This document shows, piece after piece, positions 49,169 to 59,163 of a DNA stretch of 64,000 nt (within the stretch, counting starts at the first letter, position 1; every line of letters begins with the position of its first letter). Source of the stretch: Spirochaetia bacterium (lineage in GTDB: Bacteria > Spirochaetota > Spirochaetia > SZUA-6 > Bin103); assembly GCA_965203905.1 (NCBI GenBank), contig CBDBDQ010000005.1:6880001-6944000 (forward strand), written 5' to 3'. The notes under the pieces are model-generated. The model did not search any database. It was given only the letters and a program-made list of their open reading frames with translations, and was not told the DNA's origin. The translations under genes were made by a program, and so were the position numbers.

Positions 49169-49690
49169 ATGCAACACCGATCAACAGAGACGCTGACCGA
49201 CGGGCTCGACCGGATCCGCCGTTCGCCCGTGGACAGCGGCGTGCTGGAACTCATCGTGCGGCGGCCGCGGACGGATGAGCGGGAAATACTGGACAGCGGA
49301 GAACTCGATCTGGTCGCCGGCCTTGTCGGCGACAGATGGAAGCCGCGCGGCGGCTCGGACCGGCAACTCACGGTGACGAACGCCCGCCTGATGGCGCTGC
49401 TGGCCGGAGACAAGCGGCACTGGCCACCGGCAGGGGATCAGCTCTACGTAGATTTCGACTTGAGCGCCGACAACGCGGCCCCCGGAACACGCCTCGCGAT
49501 CGGCGCGGCGGTGATCCAGGTAACCGAGCCTCCGCACACCGGCTGCAAGAAGTTCGCGGGGCGCTATGGGCTGGATGCCCTGAAGTTCGTCAACTCACCG
49601 GTCGGCAAGCACCTCCGGCTGCGCGGCATCAATGCCAAGGTGATTCGTCCGGGCACGATCCGGGTCGGAGATAGCGTAACCAAGTGCTGA
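49169..49690 (+). CDS. MOSC domain protein
   Basis: GLVGDRW, AGDQLYVDFDLS, PHTGCKKF, RGINAKV. Confidence 0.88.
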   Translation: MQHRSTETLTDGLDRIRRSPVDSGVLELIVRRPRTDEREILDSGELDLVAGLVGDRWKPRGGSDRQLTVTNARLMALLAGDKRHWPPAGDQLYVDFDLSADNAAPGTRLAIGAAVIQVTEPPHTGCKKFAGRYGLDALKFVNSPVGKHLRLRGINAKVIRPGTIRVGDSVTKC

Positions 49691-49694
49691 GTCG

Positions 49695-50510
49695 ATGCCC
49701 CTCGCCGTAGAGCAAGTCTTTCCCGTTCCGCGCTTCGCCAAGCCACGGGCATTGCGCCAGACGTGGCTGAAGGACGTGGGGTATCACGAGGCGCCCGGGT
49801 ACCGCGAGCACCTGGGGCTGGCCGAGCTGGCAGACTTCCTCGAGGTGGCCGGAGCACGGCTCGACTACGTCAAGCTGCTTCCCGCCCAGGTGATCAACGC
49901 GCCGCGAGCATGGTTGGAGCGCAAGATCGCCACCTACCACGACCATGGGGTGGTCACCTACCTCGATCACACCTACTTCATGGCAGCCTATGGACACGGC
50001 ACCGTCGATCCGGCGATCGCCCTGGCCGGTGAGCTCGGAGTAAAGGCCATCGAATTCATGAACACCGGCAGCGACGTCACGCCCCACCGCTGGCAGGGTT
50101 GGCGCTCCCAGGCTGCCGAGCACGGCCTGCAGGTGATCTTCGAGTATCACCCGCCGCACCACTGGGACCCGGCCGAGCCAGTACGGGCCTCGGGAGCGGA
50201 CGAGATCCTCCAGTTTGCCGCCCCGTTCCTCGACGCGGGTGCGGTCAAGCTGATGATAGACCACGACGAGTTCGACCTGCTGGGTGACCGCGCGGAGGGC
50301 GAACTGGGTCAGCTCGTCGCCCGGCTGGGACTGGAGACGCTGGTGTTCGAGGTGGCGTCGCCGAAGGATGGTCCCGACAAGTGGCAGCGCCACCTGACCG
50401 ACTACTTTCGCCTGTTCGGGGCGGACTGCAACGTGGCCAACCTGATGCCGAGTCAGGTGCTGGCCGTGGAGCCGCTGCGCCAGGCGGCGACCGGGGAAGG
50501 CAAGAGATGA
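49695..50510 (+). CDS. Divergent phosphosulfolactate synthase (ComA)-like TIM barrel
   Basis: R.AKPR, DFLEVAG..LDYVK, KIATYHDHGV, LDAGA..LMI, LVFE, FG.DCN.AN. Confidence 0.72.
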   Translation: MPLAVEQVFPVPRFAKPRALRQTWLKDVGYHEAPGYREHLGLAELADFLEVAGARLDYVKLLPAQVINAPRAWLERKIATYHDHGVVTYLDHTYFMAAYGHGTVDPAIALAGELGVKAIEFMNTGSDVTPHRWQGWRSQAAEHGLQVIFEYHPPHHWDPAEPVRASGADEILQFAAPFLDAGAVKLMIDHDEFDLLGDRAEGELGQLVARLGLETLVFEVASPKDGPDKWQRHLTDYFRLFGADCNVANLMPSQVLAVEPLRQAATGEGKR

Positions 50511-51256
50511 CCGATCAAGAGCGCTACCTGTTCGATCTGCAGGGCTACCTGGTGATTCCGGACGCGCTGAGCGGCGACCAGGTCGCTGCCCTCAACGCGC
50601 TGTTGGACGAACGCATCGCGCGCGAGATGGCGCCGGATGCGTCCACCCACCGGTTCGGGGATCTTCTGAGCTGGGGGCAGCCATACGTCGACCTGCTCGA
50701 CAACCGTCACGTGGAGACGCACCTGAGCGAGATCCTCGGCGAGCAGTTCCGCATGGACCACGTCTACCTCGACGTGATCCGCAGCGGCCTGAGCCCGATC
50801 GGTGCCACCCTGCACGGCGGCGGCACTCCGTACAACCCGGTGATGTTCTACGACTTCCGCAACGGCCGGATGCACAGCGGACTGTTCGTGGTCGCCTACA
50901 ACCTGGCGGACGTGGGACCGGAGGACGGCGGCTTCGCCTGCGTGCCCGGCAGTCACAAGAGCAACTACCCGTTCCCGGCCGAGTGGCGCGACCTGACCGA
51001 GCGGCACCCCTTCGTGGAGCGGATAACCGGGCCGGCCGGCACCGCGGTGCTGTTCACCGAGGCGCTCACCCACGGACCGCTGCCGTGGTCGGGGAAGAAC
51101 GAGCGTCGCACCCTGTTCTACAAGTACCACCACCACGGCGGAGCCTGGAGCTCCGCCTATCCGGTGCCGGACGGTCTCACGGTGACCGAGCGCCAGCGCC
51201 GGATCCTCGAGCCCCCCAACGCCCGCTACCCGCGGCGCGGTCTCAAGCCGGATTGA
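50507..51256 (+). CDS. Phytanoyl-CoA dioxygenase (PhyH) family protein
   Basis: YLFDLQGYLV, LHGG, GGFACVPGSHK, FTEALTHG. Confidence 0.9.
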   Translation: MTDQERYLFDLQGYLVIPDALSGDQVAALNALLDERIAREMAPDASTHRFGDLLSWGQPYVDLLDNRHVETHLSEILGEQFRMDHVYLDVIRSGLSPIGATLHGGGTPYNPVMFYDFRNGRMHSGLFVVAYNLADVGPEDGGFACVPGSHKSNYPFPAEWRDLTERHPFVERITGPAGTAVLFTEALTHGPLPWSGKNERRTLFYKYHHHGGAWSSAYPVPDGLTVTERQRRILEPPNARYPRRGLKPD

Positions 51257-51301
51257 GCCGGCGCCCCGACAGACCGCACGACCCGGTGCGCGCGGAGCGA
51301 C

Positions 51302-51622
51302 CTAATCCGTGCCGCGCAGGACCCAGTCGGGCTCGTCGATCTCCTGCGACTCTCGGTACAGAACCACCGGATCGAGGTCGATGCACTTCCACTCATCGCG
51401 GGTGCCGGCGATATCCCAGGCGGCGGTACCGTTCATGACCGTAAGCGCGCGCCGGAACAGCTCCACATCCTTGAGCGGTTGAAACACGGGACCGTCCAGC
51501 AAGGGGGCCACGTCGAACTGCCGGATCGAGCCATCGTCGAAGTACAGGATGATCTGGTAGTCACGCACCGGAGTGGCGATCACCTGTACCACCTCGGGCA
51601 TGTAGTTGGGATCTTCGATCAC
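51302..51622 (-). CDS. DUF2442 family protein (putative antitoxin)
   Basis: YQIILYFDDG, GPVFQPLKD..LF, DLDP..LY. Confidence 0.85.
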   Translation of the reverse strand: MIEDPNYMPEVVQVIATPVRDYQIILYFDDGSIRQFDVAPLLDGPVFQPLKDVELFRRALTVMNGTAAWDIAGTRDEWKCIDLDPVVLYRESQEIDEPDWVLRGTD

Positions 51623-51879
51623 ATGAGCCCCTGGATGGAGCGCAACGGTTGCCGGTCCCGCGCCAGTTCCCAGTTCTGCATCAACTCATCCTCGTGCAGT
51701 TGAGCCCAGGCGAGCACCAGGCGCAGTTGGCGCCGCGGCAGGTACCCGGCAATTACGAAATTCCGGCGGATATCGACCTTGGCCGTGTGTTCGGCGTACT
51801 CGGCGTGAAAGTGAGGTGGATCGTGATCGCCCCAATCCAGAAGAATCCTGATCCCATGGAACAAGGCGACGACTGGCAC
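51619..51879 (-). CDS. DUF4160 family protein (putative toxin)
   Basis: FHGIRI...DHDPPHFHAEY, LVLAWAQLHEDELMQNW. Confidence 0.88.
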   Translation of the reverse strand: MPVVALFHGIRILLDWGDHDPPHFHAEYAEHTAKVDIRRNFVIAGYLPRRQLRLVLAWAQLHEDELMQNWELARDRQPLRSIQGLM

Positions 51880-52002
51880 TGCTACCACCAAGCACGCCGA
51901 TAGTACTCCACCACGGTCGGTTGGTGAAGGAGAGCAAGCCCGATACGCTCCCCCGTTGCGCGCCGGCGGCGACGCCGGGTAGGCTCACGGGCGGAGGCCG
52001 GG

Positions 52003-52023
52003 ATGATCAGCAGGATACGGTAA
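52003..52023 (+). promoter_or_regulatory. Putative leader peptide MISRIR upstream of ABC-F
   Basis: GGAGG (51993-51997), ATG ATC AGC AGG ATA CGG TAA, ending 50 nt before the ABC-F start. Confidence 0.6.
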
Positions 52024-52073
52024 CCGAGCGTCACAGGTAGGCGCTCCTCGTTCGTTGTTTCGCGGAGGATTCC

Positions 52074-53702
52074 GTGCTTACCGTATCCGATCTCACCATA
52101 TCCCGTGGTGCCCAGGACCTGCTGCGGCAGGTCACCTTTTCCGTTCCCGCCGGCGGCCGTGCGGCACTGATCGGCGCCAATGGCAGTGGCAAGTCCACCC
52201 TGCTGGAGACGATCCAGGGACGCCATCCGCCGCGCACCGGCAGCATTGGGTGGACCCCTGCCGACCTCACCGTCGGCTACCTCGACCAGAGCGGCAACAG
52301 CAACGCAGCGGCCTCGGTGGGCGAGTTCCTCGGTGCCGCCGCCAGCCTGGAGCGGCAGGTGGCGGACGCGGCCGCGCGGCTGGCCGAGGCGCCGCACGAC
52401 GCCGCGGCGGAGGCCGCCTACAGCGCGGCGCTGGACCGGCTGACCGACGCCGCCGAAGTGTGGTCCCCCGACGCGCTGTCCCGTTGGGGCCTGGCCGAGC
52501 TCGACCCGGAGACGCCGCTGCACCGGCTCAGCGGCGGGCAGCGGCTCAAGCTGGGACTGTGCCGGGTGCTCGCCGCCGGCCCCGACTTCCTGATCCTGGA
52601 CGAACCGACCAACCACCTCGACGACGGTGCGCTGGAACTTCTGGCCGAGACCTTGCTGGCGTTCCCCGGCGGCGTGCTGTTCGTGTCTCACGACCGCGCC
52701 TTCCTCGACCGCGTCGCCACCGAGATCCTGGCGGTAGACCCGCGGCGCGGCAGAGTGGTGCGCTACGTCGGCAACTACACCGCCTACGCCGAGCAGCGCG
52801 CGTCCGAGCTGGCGCGGCAACACAGCCGCTACCAGAACGAGCAGGCGCTGGTCCGCAGGATGCGCCAGGACATTGCCCGCACCAAGGAGCAGGCGCGAAG
52901 CGTCGAGCGCGCCACCACGCCGCGGCAACCCAACGTGCGGCGGCTGGCCAAGAAGGTGGCGCGCAAGGCGCGCGCCCGCGAGACCCGGCTGGCGCGGTTC
53001 CAGGCCGCCCCGGAGCGCGCCGAGCGCCCCACCGAGAGCTGGCGCCTCAAGGTGGAGTTCGGCGGCGCGACCGGCAGCGACACCGTGCTGGCCCTGAGTG
53101 AAGCGGCGCTCGGCTACGGCGCCACACCCATCCTGGAAGGGGTCGACGTGGAACTGGGAGGCCGCGAGCGGGTGGCCCTGCTGGGAGCCAACGGCAGCGG
53201 CAAGACCACGCTGTTGCGGACCCTGGCCGGGACGCTGGCGCCGCTGGGCGGCTCCCTGCGGCGCTCGCCGGCCGCGGTCGTCGGCTACCTGGCACAGGAG
53301 CAGGAGCTGCTCGACCCGGCGGCCACCGCGCTGGCCACGATCCGGGACGCGGGCGCCGGCGCGGAGACGGAGGCACGCTCGTTCCTGCACCTGTTCCTGT
53401 TCACCGGAGACGACGCGCTGCGGCCGGTTGCGGAGCTCAGCTACGGCGAGCGGGCGCGCCTGTCGCTGGCACTGCTGGTGGCGCGCGGCGCGACCGTGCT
53501 GCTGCTGGACGAGCCGCTCAACCACCTCGACATCGACTCCCGCGAACGCTTCGAGAGCGCCCTCGACCAGTTTGCCGGTGCGGTGGTGGTAGTCTCCCAC
53601 GACCGCTACTTCGTGGACCGCTACGCGGCCACGCGCTGGGAGATCGGGGAGTTGGGCCCCGGGCGCCGCCGGCTGGTGGTCGAGCGCGCTGCTGGCGACT
53701 GA
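52074..53702 (+). CDS. ABC-F family ATP-binding protein
   Basis: Two NBDs (GANGSGKST, LSGGQ, LDEPTNHLD; GANGSGKTT, LSYGE, LDEPLNHLD), helical linker, no membrane domain. Confidence 0.93.
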   Translation: MLTVSDLTISRGAQDLLRQVTFSVPAGGRAALIGANGSGKSTLLETIQGRHPPRTGSIGWTPADLTVGYLDQSGNSNAAASVGEFLGAAASLERQVADAAARLAEAPHDAAAEAAYSAALDRLTDAAEVWSPDALSRWGLAELDPETPLHRLSGGQRLKLGLCRVLAAGPDFLILDEPTNHLDDGALELLAETLLAFPGGVLFVSHDRAFLDRVATEILAVDPRRGRVVRYVGNYTAYAEQRASELARQHSRYQNEQALVRRMRQDIARTKEQARSVERATTPRQPNVRRLAKKVARKARARETRLARFQAAPERAERPTESWRLKVEFGGATGSDTVLALSEAALGYGATPILEGVDVELGGRERVALLGANGSGKTTLLRTLAGTLAPLGGSLRRSPAAVVGYLAQEQELLDPAATALATIRDAGAGAETEARSFLHLFLFTGDDALRPVAELSYGERARLSLALLVARGATVLLLDEPLNHLDIDSRERFESALDQFAGAVVVVSHDRYFVDRYAATRWEIGELGPGRRRLVVERAAGD

Positions 53703-53710
53703 TCCGCCGC

Positions 53711-54811
53711 TCAGTTCGGGCCGGGACGCTCGAAGGAGATGCTCTTGACCAGGGCGAACACCCGCTTCCCGCTCCGCAGCGCCAGGTCCGCCGCCGCTTC
53801 GCGGGTGATGCGGGCCCGCAGCCGCCCGCGGCCGATGTCCACCAGCGCCTCCGCGTAAGCTGAATCGGGCTGCTCGCGGATTGCCACCACGGTTCCCGGC
53901 AGCACGTTGCGGATGCTGATGGCCCGCGGGCGGCGCGTGCTGAGCGCCACATCGCGCGCCCGGATGCGCAGGCGTACCGGCTCGCCCACCGCAGCATCCA
54001 GCAGCGGCACCGTGATGACCTGGCGCCCATGGCGCAGGCGGCTCAGGTGGTAGCGCGCATCGTGGGCGGCCACGCGTGCGTCCAGCACCACGCCGGCCTC
54101 GAAGCGCTCCGCGGCGGGAAGCAGGTCGAGGCGCTCCAGGATCGGGCGCACCGGGCCGGCCGCGAGTTTGGCCCCCGCGGCCAGCACCACCAGGTGATCG
54201 GACAGCCGCGACACCTCCGCCAGGTCGTGGCTCACGTAGAGCATCGGTATCGACAGCTCGCGGTGCAGCACCTCGAAGTAGGCGACGATCTCTTCGCGCG
54301 CCCCCTGGTCCAGCGCCGACAGCGGCTCGTCCAGCAGCAGCAGGCGCGGCTGCGACAGCAACGCGCGGCCTACCGCGACGCGTTGGCGTTCACCCCCCGA
54401 CAGCGCCGCCGGGGCCCGCTCCAGCAGCAGCCCGAGACCCAGCATCTCCACCACCGCGGCGAAGGTCAGCACCTGCTTCACCCCGGCCCGGCGGGCGCCG
54501 TACAGGAGGTTGCCGCGCACCGACAGGTGGGGGAACAGGCTCGCCTCCTGGAACACGTAGCCGAGCCGCCGCCGGTGCGGCTTGCGGAACACGCCGCGCG
54601 CATCGTCCTGCCAGGTTTCGCCGTCGACCAGCAGCCGGCCGGGGAGCCGCTGCAGCCCGGCGATGCAGCGCAGGATGGTGGTCTTGCCGCTCCCGGACGG
54701 CCCGAACAGGGCGGTTATGCCGCTGGTGGGAAACTGAAACGCCACCTGCAGGCGAAAGCTGCCCACCGTGCCGGCGAACTGTGCCTCGATATGCTGGCTC
54801 GCCGTGCTCAT
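53711..54811 (-). CDS. modC: Molybdate ABC transporter ATPase
   Basis: [22 protein letters not shown]-terminal TOBE (SIRN). Confidence 0.95.
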   Translation of the reverse strand: MSTASQHIEAQFAGTVGSFRLQVAFQFPTSGITALFGPSGSGKTTILRCIAGLQRLPGRLLVDGETWQDDARGVFRKPHRRRLGYVFQEASLFPHLSVRGNLLYGARRAGVKQVLTFAAVVEMLGLGLLLERAPAALSGGERQRVAVGRALLSQPRLLLLDEPLSALDQGAREEIVAYFEVLHRELSIPMLYVSHDLAEVSRLSDHLVVLAAGAKLAAGPVRPILERLDLLPAAERFEAGVVLDARVAAHDARYHLSRLRHGRQVITVPLLDAAVGEPVRLRIRARDVALSTRRPRAISIRNVLPGTVVAIREQPDSAYAEALVDIGRGRLRARITREAAADLALRSGKRVFALVKSISFERPGPN

Positions 54812-55485
54812 GGCCGCCACCGCACGCTGCGCCGTTCCAGCAGCCGTACCGCCAGGATCACCAGGAACGCGAACAGCAGCATGCCGCCCGCCAGCAGGTG
54901 CGCCTCACGCCACTGCAACAGCTCCACGTACTCGTAGACCGCCACCGACAGCACGCGGGTGTGACCGGGGATGTTGCCGCCGATCATCAGCACCACGCCG
55001 AACTCCCCCACCGTGTGGGCGAAGCCCAGCACGGCGCCACTGACGAAGCCGGGCCGCGCCAGCGGCACCGCCACACTCCAGAACGCGTCCCACGGTGTCG
55101 CCCGCAGGGTGGCGGCCACGTCCAGCGGACGCTCGCCGAACGCCTCGAAGGCGCTGCGGATCGGCTGCACCACGAACGGCATCGAGAAACACACCGATCC
55201 GATCACCAGGCCGGTGAAGGTGAACGCCAGCGACCGGCCGCCGAACAGCCCCGCGAGCCAGCCGCCCGGCCCGTTCGGCCCCAGGGCGATGAGCAGGTAG
55301 AAGCCGAGCACCGTGGGCGGCAGCACCAGGGGCAGCGCCACCACCGCCGCGACCGCCTCCTTCCAGGCGGCCGGCGAGCGTGCCAGCCACCAGGCGATAG
55401 GCGTGCCGACCAGCAGCAGGATGACGGTGGTGACCGCCGCGAGCTGCAGCGTCAACAGGATCGGCGGCCACAGGGCGGAACTCAC
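54808..55485 (-). CDS. modB: Molybdate ABC transporter permease
   Basis: [35 protein letters not shown]. Confidence 0.95.
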   Translation of the reverse strand: MSSALWPPILLTLQLAAVTTVILLLVGTPIAWWLARSPAAWKEAVAAVVALPLVLPPTVLGFYLLIALGPNGPGGWLAGLFGGRSLAFTFTGLVIGSVCFSMPFVVQPIRSAFEAFGERPLDVAATLRATPWDAFWSVAVPLARPGFVSGAVLGFAHTVGEFGVVLMIGGNIPGHTRVLSVAVYEYVELLQWREAHLLAGGMLLFAFLVILAVRLLERRSVRWRP

Positions 55486-56264
55486 CCGTACCCGTACCGC
55501 GCCTTCACCGCCGCCGCGGCGGGGCCGCGCAGGAACGCCAGGAAGGCAAGTGCCGCCTCGCTGCCGGCCGCGCGCTGCAGCAGCACGGCATCCTGGGCGA
55601 TCTCGGCGTGCAGTTCCTGCGGCACCACCCAACGCGAGCCCCGCTCGTGGGTGATGACCTGGGCCAGGGCCACGAAGCCCAGCTCGGCGGCACCGGTGAC
55701 CACGAACTGGTAGGTCTGGGCGACGTTGTTGCCGTACACCAGGCGCGGGCTCAGCGGCTCGGAGAGCCCGAGGGCGGCGAGCACCTCGAGCGCCGCCGCC
55801 CCGTAGGGCGCCAGCGCCGGGTTGGCGATCGCCAGCCGCGTGAAATCGCCTCGCTCAAGACTCGCGCTGCCGTCGACCTGCCCCGCCTCCGCGCTGAACA
55901 GCGCCAGCCTGCCTACGGCGTAGGTGAAGCCGCTGTCGGGCACCCCGTGCTCCTCGCTCAGGATGCGCCGCGGGTAGCGCCGGTCGGCGGCCAGGTACAC
56001 GTCGAACGGGGCGCCCTGGGTGATCTGCGCATACAGTTGCCCGCTGGAGCCGAAGCTGAAGCGCGCCGTGTGGCCGGTGGCCGCCGCGAACAGGGCGCCG
56101 ATCTCCCGTGCCGGGGCGCTGAAGTTGGCCGCCACCGCGGCCCTCACCTCGTCGCCGTGGAGCACGCCGGGGCCGGCCCACACCAGCAGCAGCCCGAGCA
56201 CTGCGGCCTGCAGCCTCCCGCGCCTGCCCACCCATGCCGCTTCGCTGTACCCGGTGGCGTCCAT
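55482..56264 (-). CDS. modA: Molybdate-binding protein
   Basis: [30 protein letters not shown]. Confidence 0.95.
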   Translation of the reverse strand: MDATGYSEAAWVGRRGRLQAAVLGLLLVWAGPGVLHGDEVRAAVAANFSAPAREIGALFAAATGHTARFSFGSSGQLYAQITQGAPFDVYLAADRRYPRRILSEEHGVPDSGFTYAVGRLALFSAEAGQVDGSASLERGDFTRLAIANPALAPYGAAALEVLAALGLSEPLSPRLVYGNNVAQTYQFVVTGAAELGFVALAQVITHERGSRWVVPQELHAEIAQDAVLLQRAAGSEAALAFLAFLRGPAAAAVKARYGYG

Positions 56265-56510
56265 CACCTGCCACGATCCTCTACCACCGATCCGCCACTC
56301 TGCCTACCCCTCGCGCCGTGCCCGCCCTACCACGCCGCCTACGGTCGCAGCCGTGCCCGGCGGCAGTGTCGAGCGTCGAAGCCAGGATATCTCACGTTAC
56401 GCCGCAAGCCGGCTGCAAATCGTTGCTCCGGCTGCGCTCGGACCGACACCCGACCGCCCGACTCGCGCCCCGGCGAGCGCCGATCATGTGGCCCCGTCTG
56501 GCGACGATCG

Positions 56511-58094
56511 CTACTCCCGATGCCGGAAGCGGTGGTGAGCAGAACAACGAAGCCTGAGATTACCCGGCTCCGCACCGCCGCCCAGGGCGAAGGGAACGAT
56601 GTGGTCGAGCTCCAGCAGGAAGCGGGAGCCGCAGCGCCGCCCGCTATGCGGATCGACGTAACTGCAGCGGCCGCCGTCGCGGCCCCACACCTCGCGGCTC
56701 ACCGGTGCCGGAATGTACCGCGATCGACGCGCACGGTGGGCCGGTTGCGCGCTGCCTCCGGACTGGCCGGCCGCCTCTGGCTGCGACCGCGAATGGCCAT
56801 CGAGTTGCGCTACCCGTGCCCGCTTCGCCGCCCCGGTCGGCTGCGCTGGCGAAGGAGCGCTGCGACCACGATCCACCGGTGCCAGCGCGGTCGGCCTGCA
56901 CTGGTCTGCCGGTGGTGTTGGCCGTGGCGTCGGAACGGTGGCGTGGGACCCACGATCGGCCACCGACTTCGCCGCCGAAGGAGCGGCGTCGGGCGCCGCC
57001 GCCGCTGGCTTGCCACTCACCGGGGTGATGCCGTCGCAAGTCTCGCGCCCCGACGGCGGCGCGGGCTGCGTTGCAGGCGCCGAGGTGCCGGCGTCGCCAA
57101 TCCCGCGCACGCGTTCCTCTGCGGACAGCGCTGCCGGCGCCGGGGTGCTGCCACCGGCGCTCGTGCCTTCCGCCGGCGGCACTTCGGGCTGCTCTTGCGC
57201 GCCCCGCTTCGCCAGCGAAGCCGCCCCGTCTGCCGGCCCTTGCTGCGCCTGCGGCTCCGGCGCCTGGCCCGAGCTTGCCTCGCGGCTCCCACCTCTGCGC
57301 CCGCGTGGCGGCCGCCCCGGGTCGTAGCGCTGCAGGCCGTCCTGCACCAGCCGCTCCACGAGTTGTCCCAGCGTCAGGTGCGGGTCCACGTGCGACAGCA
57401 GTCCCCGTAACTGCTCGATCCCGCGCTGACAGGCGGAGTCGATCACCACCTTCAGCTCCCAGCAGCCCTCGCCCAGCGCCCGCATGAGATCGGCCGGCCG
57501 CGCCAGCTCGGGAGCCACCCCGGCCAACAACTGCTTCACCTCGCGCGTGCTCTTGCCGCTTGCCTGCGCCACCAGCTCCTGCCGCTGCGCCGCGTCCCAG
57601 CGCCGGCACCGGTCGCGCCGGCGCCGCGGCCTCGGTCCCGGAAGCCCCCGCCTCCGGCGCCGTCCCCGTGGCGCCCCGGCAGCAGCTCCGGCTGCCGCGG
57701 GTGCCGAGCCGGGGTCCGCGGCGGTGGTGGCAGTGCGCTGCAGGAGCTCGAAGGTGTTCTGCAACTGCGCCGCCGCGCTCAGGGTGAGCGAGCCGTCCTG
57801 CAGCCGCTCGCGTGTCCCGGCGGTCTCGGAGCACAGGCGCATGGCCTTTATACGGCGCCAGGCGGCGCCTTCGCTGTAGCCCAGTTCGCGCACCGCGTAG
57901 TCGAACAGGCTAGAGAACCCGAGGCGCAGGTGGAGGTGGCGGGCGTGGATCTCGCGCAGGTGGTCGAGGACGGCGAGCTGCAGCGCCTGCTCGTGCAGGA
58001 CGAGGGACCTGGTGTGCGCCAGCAGCACCTGGTCGGGGAGCCCGGAGAGCGAGGAGGAGAAGCCGGGAGTGGTCGCCGTGGTCGCGGAAGCCAT
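56511..58094 (-). CDS. HNH endonuclease with helical N-terminal domain and low-complexity linker
   Basis: LGFSSLFDYAVRELGYSEGAAWRRI; RYIPA...VWGRDGGRCSY...CGS...LELDHIVPFALGG...NLRLRCSAHH. Confidence 0.85.
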   Translation of the reverse strand: MASATTATTPGFSSSLSGLPDQVLLAHTRSLVLHEQALQLAVLDHLREIHARHLHLRLGFSSLFDYAVRELGYSEGAAWRRIKAMRLCSETAGTRERLQDGSLTLSAAAQLQNTFELLQRTATTAADPGSAPAAAGAAAGAPRGRRRRRGLPGPRPRRRRDRCRRWDAAQRQELVAQASGKSTREVKQLLAGVAPELARPADLMRALGEGCWELKVVIDSACQRGIEQLRGLLSHVDPHLTLGQLVERLVQDGLQRYDPGRPPRGRRGGSREASSGQAPEPQAQQGPADGAASLAKRGAQEQPEVPPAEGTSAGGSTPAPAALSAEERVRGIGDAGTSAPATQPAPPSGRETCDGITPVSGKPAAAAPDAAPSAAKSVADRGSHATVPTPRPTPPADQCRPTALAPVDRGRSAPSPAQPTGAAKRARVAQLDGHSRSQPEAAGQSGGSAQPAHRARRSRYIPAPVSREVWGRDGGRCSYVDPHSGRRCGSRFLLELDHIVPFALGGGAEPGNLRLRCSAHHRFRHRE

Positions 58095-58451
58095 GGCGTA
58101 AATATAATCATGGCTGAGAAATGGACGGTTTCTACGAGTCCCGGACCGGCACCTGGAAGGGCTCAGGCCGGCGCTTATGGGGTGCTGACGGGCCTGGCGG
58201 GCGTGGCGGGATGTTCGAAGGGTCGGAGGGGCCGGAACGTGCGGCAGAGGGCCGTCACGAGGGGCGCCAAACCCGTCAAGTGCTCAGCGCACTTTTTGCA
58301 TTTTTCTGCAGAATCCTGCACCGTGGCGCCGACATGGCCAGCAACGCATCCGCGGACCGGCGTTGCAGGTGGGCGGCTACCCGATCATTCCTGGACACAT
58401 CTTCCTGGACATATCGTACAGCTAACGGAACCAAGAGAGCCGTGCCGCGGT

Positions 58452-58661
58452 CCATGCGAGGGCCGGGCCGAAGGCCGCACCGAACGCCGCGCCGTGGTGT
58501 TGCAGGTGCTCAAGGCGCGAGGCATGGAAGTGCCCGCGGCCCTGCCCCGCCACCTGCAGGAGATGAAAGGAATCTCTACGGCAGCGCTGGTCCAGGCGGC
58601 GATGCAGTGTCGTTACCAAGCGGAGTTCCTGCACCTGGCTCGCGCCGCGATCGGCCAATGA
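58452..58661 (+). pseudogene. C-terminal remnant of a Uma2/PD-(D/E)XK-type protein
   Basis: EGRAEGRTE..AVVLQVLKARGMEV...ALVQAAMQC..QAEFL tail without its catalytic domain. Confidence 0.45.
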
Positions 58662-58868
58662 AGCAGGTTCGCCGCCAGCTTGAGCGGCAGGCTACGGACG
58701 CCGACCTGTTACAAGGAGCGCAACCTGATGGTAATAGAAGAGCACCGGCAGAGGCTCAAATGCTTGACCCGTCATCCGCCCGCCGCCGATACTTCCGAGG
58801 TCTTTTGGACAGGTGGTTGATTGGCTGTGGAAATCGCTGGCACAGGTGTCAAGGGAGGCGACCTGGAC

Positions 58869-59117
58869 ATGGATAGAATCGTCGTTGATTCCACGGTCCA
58901 CTTCGGGAAACCGTGCGTCGCCGGTACGCGTATCACGGTACAGGACGTCCTGGAATTGGTCGATCAAGATCTACCCTTCAATGAGATCATCCAGGAGTAC
59001 TATCCCGATCTGACTGCCGCTGATATCCATGCGTGCATCCGCTATGCCGGCACAACGTCGTTCGCGCCGCTGATCTCGACCTCGCGAGAGCCGCGAACGA
59101 AGAACTGCTCCAGATAG
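58869..59117 (+). CDS. DUF433 antitoxin-like protein, 3' end fused by deletion
   Basis: GGGAGG RBS; RIVVD..VHFGKPCVAGTRITV, YPDLT..DI.ACIRYA. Confidence 0.85.
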   Translation: MDRIVVDSTVHFGKPCVAGTRITVQDVLELVDQDLPFNEIIQEYYPDLTAADIHACIRYAGTTSFAPLISTSREPRTKNCSR

Positions 59118-59156
59118 CGCAGGGGCGGGACCGGCTGTTTGTAACCCGAGACCGGG
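59048..59156 (+). pseudogene. Internal fragment of DUF5615 PIN-like toxin
   Basis: Alternative frame reads GHNVVRAADLDLARAANEELLQIAQGRDRLFVTRDR. Confidence 0.6.
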
Positions 59157-59163
59157 TGTCCGT

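Noticed and set aside
56270-56510. Moco riboswitch or ModE box upstream of modA
   Set aside because: No recognisable consensus by eye; a covariance-model scan would be needed
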